DNA from: Tubulanus polymorphus
Taxonomy: Eukaryota > Animalia > Nemertea
DNA length: 64,000 nt
Assembly: GCF_964204645.1 (NCBI RefSeq)
Contig: NC_134030.1
Coordinates: forward strand, 15,748,110 to 15,812,109
Reading direction: 5' to 3'
Shown here: in pieces, positions 50,501 through 62,300 of the stretch
How positions within the stretch are numbered: position 1 is the first letter of the stretch
Layout: each line of letters starts with the position of its first letter
Program-made: the position numbers and the translations under genes
Notes under the pieces: generated by a model
Database searches by the model: none
Told to the model about the DNA's origin: nothing
Seen by the model: the letters and a program-made list of their open reading frames with translations, nothing else

Positions 50501-52747
50501 AACCAGTTCAGATGAGGTCATATTGGCATCATAACTACCTGCTAGCATTCTCGCTGCTTGAATTTTTTCTCTTCCTGTTAACTGGTAGTGGAGTTGACAG
50601 TACTCCATGCAAGGTAATGCTGCTACCAAGAGCCCCAGGGTTCTAGCTACTATTCAAATAGCAACTGTGTCATTCAGTAATAAGAAAGTACAACTTCCCA
50701 TAATGCCTTTCTTTCGTCTTAGAGCTGAGAAGACGGGTTTGCCTATTTTTGTATATGTATTCACCTTAAAATGATAGTAAGCTATATGCTCATTTAAACG
50801 TTTCAGATCAAGGATTGCTCTAAATTTGTCTTCTTCCTTTTTTGGTCTGATGAAAATACTGGACAAGTACTCGCTATTGGAATGACATGAATAAAACTCT
50901 ACATGAATAAACTCAAGTTTATACCAGCAGACTGTGTCGAAAATAAATTCATCAGATGTAAGGATCCTCCATTTATTCATAAATTCCCAGTTATATATTT
51001 GTTATTAACTGTTGGTGATGATTATAAGCAAAATCAGGACTTATTAGTTTCTCAAAATTCTCTGCCTGTCATATTATTGAGACAGCGTCTTATATGCATC
51101 CTCTTCCATTCCGTCCAGAAACAGCCGGTTAACGATTTCTGCTTACTCAGCATCCAATGCAGATATCTTATCCACTTTCTCAACTTCAACCTGATATCGG
51201 CGTAGAGTGCAGATGAACTCGACGCTTCTGACTCAACTCAGGCCTTTTTGCAGGTGGTTGAGTCTCCTGAAGCTGATTATCCTCCTCATCATCAGAACCC
51301 GACATTGAATGCGGGTTGTAGTTCCGTGTAATGAACAAGTCCTGTTCAGAAGAATAATCCTCAAACTCAGGATCCTCATCCTAGTTAACATATCAATCTT
51401 ACTTGCCAGTTCCTTCTGCTTTTGCGCAATTGATTGAGTCATCAATTCAATCTTCCTCAAACTATCATCCTTATTGTTGTTATTAAGGTCACTACTGACA
51501 CTGTGATCATCGACCTAAGTCCTTCCTTGGTCAGGCAGTTGACTGATTTCTACTTTGTAGGAGCAGAGCTTCGCGAGCTATGTTTGTTAGTTTCCGGCTT
51601 TCTCCTGCTAACCCTGAATCATAGAACACGTTATGGGCTACAACTTTCCAATTGATTGTAGTAAAACAATACGCTTAGGTATCAATATAATGTTCAAAAA
51701 CTTTTTCCCACCTACGAATGAGTACTGATGACACCAAGATGGCCACCAATTGCGTCATAATGAGCTGATAAAAAATACCAGTCTTGGGTATAAAAACATC
51801 CCTTTCTAAAGAATACCCATCACAAATTGCAATAGGAAATGGCAAAGCGTAAGGAAGCTACATGACCCAGAATTCGGGCCAAAATTTACATTTTTGGGCA
51901 CTATTTTTGGGCTATCTTTGGAACTCCCTTGATCCAGAGCTCCATAGCATAACATACATCAAGATATTCAAAAGCACTTTAAAGACATTCTTATTTCGAA
52001 AGGCGTATCAGTAACCACCCACTACAGCGCCGGTGAAGACAGAATCAGTGGAACAGGCGCTATATAAATGTTTATGTGATTGATTAATGGATATCTTGAG
52101 TCCGATTGACCAAATTTTTCTTATGCTGATGGGCTGTTGGGGAATCCAAATATACACGAAAGATCAAGGTAATTGATCAAAGGGTCTTCAAATTTCCCTC
52201 ATGAACTTCAAAAATGTATAAAAAGTGCTGATTTTGGCGAACAACAATGGCTGCCAGTCGTCCATCTTGATTCTGACAAGGCCAATTTTTGGGCTGAAGA
52301 TGTGTCTAGGGTTACATGTGTAACCCAAATATCAAGACATTACATTGAAGCTTCTTCAACACTTCCCAAAATAACTGGATAACTGGACGGACGGACAAAG
52401 GGACGAAAAGTGAACGCAATAGGCCGCTGGGACTAACGTCCTAAGTGGGCTTAAAAGAACCGGGCAGGACATGATGCACAGGCACAGTGTGTACTTAATT
52501 AACATGTCTAGCTGTAAATGCTAGCAACACTAAGTATACTTGCCCCAGCAGTAAGTACATCATTAATTTTGATGGCTAACTCAATAACTGCAAAAATTCA
52601 ATTTCATGTTGTTAAAGTTTAATGAGGATCCTTACCTTTGACAAGATCTTCTATTACTTGTGCTAATACAACAATAACTTCAATGTTCTTTAATTTTGCT
52701 AAAGCTTTGGATGCTTTTGAAAGTATAAAATCACCTACTAAAATCGC
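29387..52747 (-). CDS. PDSS1: Decaprenyl-diphosphate synthase subunit 1 (all-trans-polyprenyl-PP synthase), 3' five exons; 5' exons outside the window
   Basis: Exons 52747-52636, 46083-45974, 40169-39975, 38487-38407 and 29527-29387 splice in frame. Motifs AILVGDFILS, GEFMQLGSKE, KTYKKTASLIANSCKA, GIAFQLIDDLLDF (SARM) and GKPTAADLKLGLATGPVLFA. Confidence 0.93.
31259..32121 (-). pseudogene. DIRS tyrosine recombinase, frameshifted
   Basis: PPWDL..VL, KTAFLL.LA..RRSEL, LCPVRAL..YL, HQVR..A.S and W.SPSTF..FY. Confidence 0.85.
32087..33193 (-). pseudogene. DIRS RNase H and methyltransferase-like region, frameshifted
   Basis: TDAS..GWGA, HIN.L.L.AV, TDNTTV..Y..QGGT, N.VADALSR, DLFAT..N and YAFPP motifs spread over several frames. 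Confidence 0.82.
33120..34064 (-). CDS. DIRS reverse transcriptase domain (frameshifted downstream)
   Basis: YSRIFTVPK, IDLKDAYFQVPI, LPFGLSSAPWVFTK and YLDD motifs. Confidence 0.88.
   Translation of the reverse strand: MSFRERPPLTRTPEDMKPKQGQELHIDPAIQELWDKRALELVEDPGPPGWYSRIFTVPKASGGLRTVIDLSMLNKYLDCQKFKMTTPKEIIQGLRPGQWAASIDLKDAYFQVPIHPSYRKYLRVKWKGQVYQFRSLPFGLSSAPWVFTKLVRAVQKKLQSRGVRLYVYLDDWLIVGASCEECRRGVKLTLGMIQDLGFRVNTEKSRLSPSQEFTYLGMDFDLRQGRVRPTAARVLKLCQALRPLLQGVPHSARYWSRVLGQISSMSAIVPLGRPLQRSGKTSCAALSLSWDAFMPPTPPPICWAPFYGGCFHGM
36874..37884. mobile_element. MITE with CAGGG(G)CGTAGCCAC termini
   Basis: TIRs flanked by the direct repeat CTATG (36869-36873, 37885-37889). Confidence 0.65.
38407..38487 (-). 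CDS. PDSS1: PDSS1 exon (FPDLNTLIMRRFKEEGDVDQAWNYVKQ)
   Basis: 81 nt, AAG acceptor and GTATG donor. Confidence 0.9.
39975..40169 (-). CDS. PDSS1: PDSS1 exon containing the second aspartate-rich motif
   Basis: VAILSGA...GIAFQLIDDLLDF...GPVLFAAQK, 195 nt, GTGAGT donor. Confidence 0.93.
40968..42325. mobile_element. PIF/Harbinger-like MITE with nested insertions
   Basis: TIR GCCTGCATTTTTCAAAGCGGTG / CACCGCTTTGAAAAACGCAGCC with CAG flanks and TATCCC-GTGATAA subterminal repeats. Confidence 0.6.
43794..44454 (-). mobile_element. 3' end of a CR1/L2-group LINE
   Basis: C-terminal ORF2 signature (Y..VK..FKLEKYL...RNAVAKLRTSTHSL.IE.GRH...R.C..C...DDECHFLF.C) and a (TTGAA)n tail. Confidence 0.75.
45715..45755 (+). 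ncRNA. Minimal type I hammerhead ribozyme motif (Penelope-type)
   Basis: CGC-CTGATGA-T-GGCTAA(tagtat)TTAGCC-GAAA-CATT-GTG: conserved core, 6-bp stem II, short stems I and III. Confidence 0.65.
45974..46083 (-). CDS. PDSS1: PDSS1 exon (GEFMQLGSKE...ANSCKA)
   Basis: CAG acceptor, GTAAGT donor, 110 nt. Confidence 0.92.
46973..47260. repeat. CACATGTG/CACGTG-rich subterminal repeat block, probably a DNA transposon end
   Basis: Dense palindromic CACATGTG-type motifs following a CCCTTAC start. Confidence 0.45.
49020..51600 (-). mobile_element. Decayed DIRS-like retrotransposon
   Basis: Fragments W..LTSD.FI, YLSSIFIRPKK...FRAILDLKRLN (RT), LEIDQFASRANAQL (MT-like), FPPF..I..CLEKI, and SHTSLNTARLAI (recombinase N-terminal domain). 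Many stops and deletions. Confidence 0.75.
51610..52455 (+). mobile_element. Partial HINE-like element, same family as 57510-58768
   Basis: Colinear similarity with 58100-58768, including the GGAC microsatellite and the GGGACTAA.GTCC..AGTGGGC hairpin. Confidence 0.7.
52636..52747 (-). CDS. PDSS1: PDSS1 exon (AILVGDFILSKAS...VIEDLVKG)
   Basis: TTTAG acceptor, GTAAG donor, 112 nt. Confidence 0.9.
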
Positions 52748-54537
52748 CTAAAAATAAATTCAATTAATTCATTATGACATCAATCAGCTTACCACATCAA
52801 ATAATCAATATTACAATGTACATCCACTTCCGCAAAAAAACTCCACTAATATCATTCTCAAGTGGTAAAATTTGCTATTAAAATAAAAGTAAAAATATTT
52901 AAAAGTCAATGATAGATTGTTCATTGTTTACATCATCATCCTATGAAAGGTTGGCTCCGACGATATTCAAATCATCAGGACATGTTAATTCTTAATGCCC
53001 TTACCAGTATGTACCTAGTTGACATGAGTTGAATGTGCAAAGAGGAGCTCCTATCTATAATCTTCCTATCAATCACATAAGAAAAGCACACAGTGCCTGA
53101 ATAAAAACATAGGCTAATTTCATTGATCAGGAATGCTTTATTGAATGATTGCCATTATATATACATGCACATGTATCATTGATTCTATTTAACTGCTGAC
53201 GTCATTACGAGGTTCCATGAGATACACACGCTTAGATCCGACATTCAATTGCATGCTTGATCTGGCAAACTTCAGAGAACTTTGTTCGGATTATTCAGAT
53301 TTAATGGCTTGAATTTTCGTTTATCCGTGTCAAAACCTAACTTACAAGAAGGCGCAATCGTCTTGTTAGGCCATCTAATCATACGCTGGACGTTTGACAT
53401 TGCGTTTCAATACTTTTTGTTGGTGTATGCGATTGGATTTTTTTTCTGGTGTTCTCATGTCAGAACCGCACAGCCATTTTGAATTTTTAACCATGCCGAT
53501 CATGGCCAAAGAATTTATCCTTGCCGAGGCACTTTTTAGCAAGCCGCTATCTCAAACTGCAAATGCGGTTGGTGGAGAGTCTGAATCGACGATTAGTAGG
53601 ACTGGAACAGTCGATAAAAATGCAGTGAATGACGTACTAGTAAGTGGTTCTTCACGATTTCCTCAAAATCATGGTGACTCGGCTATAAAGTTGAGTGCGA
53701 AGAGTGCCTGGGTCGCTACAATTTGTAAGACTAGGTCACGAACCAGAAAGTTGGTTAAAAACAAGCCTCCTAACCGCGGCAATCCCTCACCGGCACTTGA
53801 AATTCATGATGAAAATTCACATGAATTCGATGGAATTGAGGCTATGATTCTATCAAAACTGGGCAGTCTTATTGACTCTAAGTTCGAAGCAAGAAACAAA
53901 ATTCTTAATATGGACTTTCCTAAATTAACATGAGTGTATGCTTATAATCAGCATCAAAATTAAAACAGTGGTAGTCTAGATTAGAGATTACAAGCAGAAC
54001 AAATGAAAAATATTGAAAACTATTGGATTGAATTCAAATGATGGAAGACTGACTTTTTACAGAGAATTAGATCGAAAGTAAGAACGAAAAATATCAAGAA
54101 AAAAGTTTATTTTTCGAATTATGAATGGAAACGCATATACCTGATATTTTTGGCAGAATATCAGAGAATCAAAAAAGCCTAAAATGTCTCCCTTGATCGA
54201 ATCCAGAAGTTTTGATGAACATCTGTCAATTGATACAATCTCAGTCGCACACAACTGATTCATCATGAATACACATGGTAGTGGGTTTTCCCCACTGACT
54301 CAAATAGACACTCTCTGCGTTCATGGTGTGACGATTTCTATCCACTGTGTACGAAGTTTGATGGACAATTTATTTTCGTAGATTGAACAATTTCCAAGAT
54401 TAACTCCACTCTTTCCCAATTTTACTGCCCTTCTATATAATTCACTGCTTTTCACAGCCGGCCGCGATGAACCCTGGCCGTTGAATCATTTGCAGTTTCC
54501 AAGAAAACATTAACAAGGCCACACGAGGTGCACTTTT

Positions 54538-55880
54538 CATATACATGCGCTGATCATTACACCACATAGCAGCGAGCCTCTGTTACGCACACGTTTGTGA
54601 TGCATGAATATATGTAAAAGGGCATGTGTTCTTCTGAAACAAAATGTAGTGTTCCAACAACAAATAAATAACTAAATTGATAAATAAGCAACGGATTGCG
54701 ATGAAATTCAATAGGGTTAGAGCTTTTATTACTGCAGTGAATGTTTTAAAAGTTCCAATGAAAATCTAAGCCTCATTTGGAGGTTTTTTTGTACCAAAAG
54801 AAGAAAGTTTCATAATATGCGATAACAAAAATGGACCACGCTACAGCAAAAGTCCAAAAAAATGCAAGCTTTCATTCAGGGTGAACCCCCACCCAAACGG
54901 CCCAGGTAATGCGCTGCTGCTACTGCAGCAGGCAATGCGAGCCAGTCTGCACGGGACGCTGTCGAGAGCGATAGTCCAACCCCAGGAGCAAATTCTTTGA
55001 CAAAATTGTAGCCCATGGTCGAAGAAGAAATCCCAGATGATTCACATCAGGATCTTATTTCTGAACTGACGGCTATGTATGCAGAGGATGAGGATATGGG
55101 GCCCTGTCGATGCACAACTTGCCCCTATTCTTGTCGATTTATTTGAAAATAAGATGTCGGATGACAGGCTTAAATTTGTTTTTTTTCCACAGCTCTTTGC
55201 TTATAAACCATTCATTATGCTGGAGTGACTGTGAACCCCATATACATGCGCTGATCATTACACCACATAGCAGCGAGCCTCTGTTACGCACACGTTTGTG
55301 ATGCATGAATATATGTAAAAGGGCATGTGTTCTTCTGAAACAAAATGTAGTGTTCCAACAACAAATAAATAACTAAATTGATAAATAAGCAACGGATTGC
55401 GATGAAATTCAATAGGGTTAGAGCTTTTATTACTGCAGTGAATGTTTTAAAAGTTCCAATGAAAATCTAAGCCTCATTTGGAGGTTTTTTTGTACCAAAA
55501 GAAGAAAGTTTCATAATATGCGATAACAAAAATGGACCACGCTACAGCAAAAGTCCAAAAAAATGAAAGCTTTCATTCAGGGTGAACCCCCACCCAAACG
55601 GCCCAGGAAATGCGCTGCTGCTACTGCAGCAGGCAATGCGAGCCAGTCTGCACGGGACGCTGTCGAGAGCGATAGTCCAACCCCAGGAGCAAATTCTTTG
55701 ACAAAATTGTAGCCCATGGTCGAAGAAGAAATCCCAGATGATTCACATCAGGATCTTATTTCTGAACTGACGGCTATGTATGCAGAGGATGAGGATATGG
55801 GGCCCTGTCGATGCACAACTTGCCCCTATTCTTGTCGATTTATTTGAAAATAAGATGTCGGATGACAGGCTTAAATTTGT
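54538..55880 (+). repeat. 642-bp tandem duplication (54538-55179 / 55239-55880) of a DIRS-like 5'/gag region
   Basis: Offset 701 bp, about 2 substitutions. The gag-like peptide continues LFENKMSDDRLK...YNRPENID..P.INPEI to ~56230. Confidence 0.88.
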
Positions 55881-56566
55881 GTTGCAGCATTACAATAGGC
55901 CCGAGAATATCGATGTAGGGTCTCCCGCAATTAACCCAGAAATCTGCTCATCAATTTCATTGGAGTGCAGAAGTCACAATGTAAAATTTAAAAAAATGGG
56001 CACAAAAATGGCGAATTTTAATGAGCTTTCACTGATAAGAAGCAAGTTGATATGAAACTTGTCGTTAAAATGACAATGGATGTGTTTGCGCTTACATGTG
56101 CATCGCAACACTCGCTAGCAGAGCAACGGCGCTACAAACTTAGACCTGGCATAAATCCAAAAAATTGATCGATTTGCGCCGGTAAGTGTTAAAGAGTCCT
56201 CTGAAGTTTTATTTGGAGTTGACTTTGCAATTAAGGTCAAAGAGCTCAATGAAGTTGGTGCCATATTCAATAAAGACTATTCTCAACGTGACTCTAAAAT
56301 ACAGAATTATATTATTTGTTCGTCTGTTGGCAATTCATGTTAACAGACGAGCAAACGGACGGACGAACGAACAAAGGAACAGACAGATGGATAAACGCAA
56401 TAGCCTACTGGGACTAAAGTCTTAAGCCGGCTATAAACAGGAAAATGGCAAAACCCCAAACCCCAAAGAAACTGGTGATGGCGCTCATACCAAAGTGAGT
56501 GCTTCATTTTATTGCATCAATTGGAAAACTCATATATGTCAGCGAGTAAGAAAACCAGAAATCTGT

Positions 56567-57490
56567 TCAAGAACAAAGACTTAAATCTCTGTTCAGATAT
56601 TTTTTATTGGAATTTCTCTTAAAGCATGCTCGAATCATGAAGTTTCCAAGGTGTTTTTGATAATCAGTATCGATTAAAGTAAATTTCTCTTCACTTGTGA
56701 ATTGCCGAAAGTTGTCATGACTAATTTTAGAGTATAGGTCTAAGCGAAATTCGTCGTAGCATGGACATTCTATTACAAAGTGCATTTCACTTTCAACCTG
56801 GTTTTGGTTACATAGCTAACAAATTCGGTTCTTCAATAGAATATTTCTATACCTATCAACTTCAATAGAAAGAGGAAGTGTTCCACTCCTTAGTTGTGCG
56901 ATTAACGATATCTTAGACCGAGTAAAATTTAGTTTAACATAGGGTTCAGTCTCTAGGTTATATTTGATTGTTTTGTAGGTTCTCAATTTAGGTTTAGCCT
57001 CCACATTCCTGCGCCACTCTTGCGTTGCTAGGTCTTTTAGAACAGCGTCATTCAATTCTATAATTTGACGAATGTCTAATTTGTCAACGATTTGCATTGC
57101 TCCATAGATTTTATGAAAATCACTAGACCAGTTATTTTGATTTAAAGCAACATCTTTTAAGAACAATTTTTTGGTTAGTGGGTTCTCATCCATATCAATT
57201 AATCTATTCCAGAATCGAACTAGGTTTCTGGTTCTTTTGAATTTACATGGGAGATACCCATTTCTCTAAGAAGTGCTGGTAAAGGAGTCAAAGGGTTAAG
57301 GCCCAGAAAATATCTGCAAGCTCTGTACTGCACTTGGTCAATAACATGCGGGTTCTTCACCCCAAATCTCAGCACCGTAACTGAGAATTGTATCCACACC
57401 ACTTTCATATAAAATTCTAAACATCTCGTAGCCTACATTCCTGAGAGTAGAAAACCGTCCTATAATTCCCCCAAGGGCCTTACCACCCAA
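56567..57490 (-). mobile_element. CR1/L2-group LINE ORF2 C-terminal remnant
   Basis: KLRTYKTIK...EPYV...IAQLRSG.LPL.IE..RY...RIC and HFVIECPCY motifs, frameshifted. Confidence 0.75.
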
Positions 57491-57509
57491 CTATAATAGG
57501 CCTATAGAC

Positions 57510-58768
57510 AAACTAGGGGTCCAGGGACACCATGCCCACTTGAGAAGTGGTTTCAAATGCTCAACAATCTAACAATTTCAATATTCAACGCCCTCTGGTG
57601 ACCATATACAAAAACCAATGACCTTGAAACTCAATACAATCATAAAACATGTCAGCAGCTACGATTTTGTAATTGATTGTGATAACAAACAATGCCTCGT
57701 TGACAATTTAATATGGATATACTAAGTTATTCTACTATTCAACGCCCCCTGGTGACCATATTCAAAACCCAATAACCTTGTAACTCACCATATTCATAGA
57801 ACATGTCATGAACTACAACTTTGCAATTGATGATGGTAACAAAATATGCCTAGGTACCAATATAATAAGGAAATACCAGGTTATTCTACTATTCAACGCC
57901 CCCTGGTGACCATATACATTAATTAATGTCCTTAAAACTCACCATAATCATGGAAGATGTCATGAGCTACAACTTTGCAATTGATTGCAGTAACAAAATA
58001 TGTATTGGTACAAATATAATATAGAAATACTAAGATATTGTATTATTCAACGCCCCCTGGTGGCCGTATACAAAAAACAATGAACTTAAAACTCACCCCA
58101 ATAATAGAACACTTTATACGCTACAACTTTCTAATTCATTGTTGTAGCAAAATATGCTTAGGTATCAATATAATGTCGAAAAACTTTTTCCCACCTACAA
58201 ATAAGTACTAATGACACCAAGATGGCCGCCAATTGCGTCATAATTGGCGGATCAAAAATACCTGTCTCAGGTATAAAACATCCCTTTACAAAGAATACCC
58301 ATCACAAATTGCAATGAGAAATGGCAAACCAGTAGGAAGCTACAGGACCTAGAATTCTGGCCAAATTTGACATTTTGGGCACTAAAAAGGTCATAGGACG
58401 GCCATCTTGAGTCAGATGGACCCAATCTTATGCTGATGGGCCCTGGGTAGATTCAAATATAATCGAAAGATCAAGGTAATTGATCAAAGCGTATTAAAAA
58501 TTTCCCTCGTAAACTTCGAAAATGTGTAAAAAGTGCTGATTTTGGCGAACAACAATGGCTGCCAGTCGGCCATCTTGAATCCGACAGGGCCAGTTTTTGG
58601 GCTGAAGATGTGTCTAGGGTAGATACACGTATAAACCAAATATCAAGACATTACCTTGAAGCGTCTTCAAAACTTCCCAAAATAACTGGATTCCGTCTAC
58701 GGACGGAGGGACGGACGAAAAGTGAACGCAATAGCCCGCTGGGACTAAAGTCCCAAGTGGGCTAAAAA
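57510..58768 (+). mobile_element. Helentron-associated non-autonomous element (HINE/CvA-like) with an internal 154-bp tandem array
   Basis: A-run flanks. Subterminal IR GCCCACTTG (57534) / CAAGTGGGC (58754). Four 154-bp units (57583, 57737, 57891, 58045), a GGAC microsatellite, and a 3' hairpin at 58734-58762. Confidence 0.72.
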
Positions 58769-59341
58769 ATACTGGTAGGCTTTCTTATCTTTCACACTTC
58801 ACAACCGAACCAACTGACCAACCACTATATTTTAGTCCAAGTACGCACCAAGCGGCATAGGCCTTGTCAACTGTGTGTTCAATAGTACTCCAGTAGGCTA
58901 TCGTAATCACCTGAAACTTTTCTGTCGTTTGTTTTCTTTCTGAGTCGTACGTAATTCTAGTACCCGCTACTCAATGACCTTGATTTAAACTTGATCAATT
59001 CAAAATTTATTTATTGACGCTTTTGGTTACATGAACAGATCAGTAATATACTTAAATGAGATAACCGGAATAACAAGAAATCAATAATATGAAAGAGGTA
59101 ACAAACAAATTCTCGTAAACCTGTTGGACTTGCGAACGCTTGACTCGTAAACTCTTGTACTGGGACCCGCTGAGCAATAAATTCATAAAATTGACTTTGA
59201 AATTGATTGTGGAGAAGAGAGAAATAATTCGATAGCACTTCTTCAAAAAGAAGAGAGAAATGTCGGAAAGAAAACACAACATGGATACTAATTGAACGGG
59301 GCCAAATTTCCGATGTTTACGGCTTGACAGTACCTTTATAA

Positions 59342-62300
59342 TGTGGATTTATCAAAATTCCCATGCAGTATCTGTTGCTCTATCTACATGTAATTTAGTT
59401 AATTTGTATTTGATTAATCACCTGGCTGTGAAGTATAGGTTTTAGTGTGTTGGTAATAAATGGCTGATTAAAAGTATACACGTGTTTTCATGATAGCAGA
59501 GCAAAGTTCTAATATTTGAGATGGCATCAAATTACAAGATTCCTCCAGCTTTTGGGGAGGATAAGCTAATGAGTCATGGAAAAGTGAGGTGAAGGTGTGG
59601 CAACTGGTCACAGATGTTTTGCCAGAAAAACATTTTATCATTCAAGTTGTTAGACAGTTCGAACCTAAGTACATCAGATCGTAGATTGGCTTAGACTGCA
59701 GCGAGTGATTTGAAATTCGACTCCATGAAGGCAGCTCTAAAACGTATTTTTGGGAGCAACCAAAGCAATGTGCAAATAGATTGTTTGCAATCAGCATTAT
59801 ATACAAAGCAGAGTAAATCGAGAAAATTTGATAAGTGGAAACCGATTAACAAAATGTATGATCCCAGACGGCAAGGGCAAGGTCAGAAGGGTGAATCTAA
59901 AAAACCCACTAGATCGGTTTGGGAAAATCTCACGGTGCGTTACTTGTCAGAGCATTTATCACTGGAAAAGAAATTGCCCTCATAAAGATGATGCGGAAGC
60001 TCGAGTTGTGGAGACCATGACTGATGATGAGGAATGCAACCTCACACTATATACATCAACAACAAGTGAAGCTGAGGTATTCATGACCGAAGCCAGATCA
60101 GCAGCTATACTAGATACTGCCTGTACCAAAACGGTGTGTGGTAGAAAATGGTTAGATGATTACCAATCTCAAATCAACATCGCGATACCATCTACTACCA
60201 GTAAGAAAGTTTTCAAATTTGGTGACGGAAAAGTGGTAAAATCGGAGGCATTAGTCACGATACCAGCCCAGATCGGTACAACGGAATGTCAAATAAGAGC
60301 AGAAGTGGTAGACGCTGATATACCACTGTTACTCAGTCAAACCTCTCTCCAGAAAGCTGGAACAATCCTCGACTTCGACTTGAAGAAAAACACAATGTTT
60401 GAGAAGCCAGTGGTTTTAGAATTGACAACAAGTGAGTGTAAATATTCTTCCAAACGCTAATCATATCGAAGATGAGATTTTGATCATCAATGAAGACATG
60501 TCAGCTTCAGAAAAAAAGAAAATTCACGCTAAACTGCACAAGCAATTTGGTCACGCAACAGCTGATAGACTTAAAAGACTGCTGAGGAGTAGCGGCTGTC
60601 AATTGATTCGGCTACATCACAACTGTTAAGTAAGCTGATTTCAGAATGTGAAATGTGTCTGAAATACAAGCGAACTCCATCTAAGCCATCAGTATGTTTC
60701 CCGCTAGCCAGTGATTTCAACGAGACTGTAGCAGTTGATCTTCACAAAACAGCCGTCAGCATTCGTCAGAAATTTTCTCATGTTCTGGATTGGTAATCAT
60801 GGGGCACCGAAGAGACTTTTCAATGATAATGGCGGGGAATTTGACAACGAGGAGGTTAGAACGATGGCAGAAAGGTTCAATAATGATGTAAAAACAACTC
60901 CAGCTTACAGTCATTGGAGCAATGGTATTCTAAAGAGGCACAACCGAACATTCACAGAGATACTCTTGAAGGTCAAATCTGACAACAAATGCTCGTGGGA
61001 GAATGCTCTAAGTTGGTCACTAATGGCAAAGAATGCCTTATTGAACGTTATTGGATTTAGCCCCTGCCAACTTGTATTTGGGAGAAATCTGCCTAATGTT
61101 TTTGATAATAAGCCTCCAGCTTTGGAAGATATATCAGGAACTGCAACCGTGATGTCGCACTTATACATTATGCAATCTGCTCGCAGAGCATTCATGGAAG
61201 AAGAATGTTCAAGTCGACGGGCTATACGGACCCAGATCAGACCGACTGGTGAACAATTTTTCTGCGGTGACAAAGTCTACTATAAACGAGATAACTTGAA
61301 TGAATGGAAAGGGCCCGGTGTTGTTATCGGCCAAGATAATGTTGTTGTTTTTATCAGACATGGCGGTACCTATGTTAGAGTGCATCAGAGTCGAATCAAG
61401 AATCAACTTGAGGCATTTCATCCAGACACCAGTGGGGGTCACAGAAATGACAATGAGTTAACACCATCAAATGACAATGAGTTAATGACATCAAATGACA
61501 ATGAGTTAACGACATCAAATGACAATGAGTTGACATCATCGAATGACACGGACAAAGCAGTGTCTCAAGCAAGAAGTCATTTCGATAACGTGAAGCTGAA
61601 ACAAGGTCAAGTTGTCACTTTCCGACATAATGATGGTGACGATAAATCGAGCGTGCGTATACTCGGGCGTGCTGGTAGGGCATCTGGAAAATATATGCAC
61701 TGGTATAATATTGAATATATCAATTCACCAGATAAGACAGGAGATAGAGGATCTATTGACCTATCAGATGTAAAAGACTTAGCAGTTCAAAAAACAATTT
61801 CTACCAGTCATGACATGCACATTAAAAGAGTCAGCAGATGGACCCGTCCCCAAAGCCAGATTAGTAGCTCGTGGTTTTGAACATCTCCACATGAATGATA
61901 TTCCCAAAGATTCTCCAACATGTGATACAGAATCATTGAGAACCGTACTTGCGGTTATTGCTCAGAATGGTTGGAGACTACATACTATGGACATAAAAAC
62001 GGCTTTCCTTCAGGGAAGTGAACTTTCACGAACAATTTATCGACGCCCTCTAGTTGAAGTTCAGACTGATGTTGTGTGGAAATTGAGGAAATGTGTTTAC
62101 GGTTTGGTTGACGCTTCACTATCATGGTATAAAAAGGTTTGTGATGTTTTAAAAGAGACCGGGGCAACAATTTCCAAAGTAGATCCTGCAGTATTTTACT
62201 GGAAGAATGATAATGGTGGCATTGATGGTATCCTGGCTAGCCATGTTGATGATTTTATATGGGGTGGATCAGACTTTACAGACTCAGTTATTTCCAAAGT

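Noticed and set aside
6534-54476. Inverted CAGGGTTC termini at 6534 and 54476 as ends of a giant composite transposon carrying CFAP45
   Set aside because: The flanks share no TSD and the span would cut PDSS1; these are independent fragments of one family.
57583-58190. Regularly spaced repeats as a CRISPR-like array
   Set aside because: Whole 154-bp units are homologous with no unique spacers, the context is eukaryotic, and there are no cas genes.
59011-59330. Hydrophobic ORFs as the first exon of a membrane protein
   Set aside because: The adjacent sequence matches ~16895-16945 in reverse, indicating a dispersed repeat; there is no recognisable domain or splice partner.
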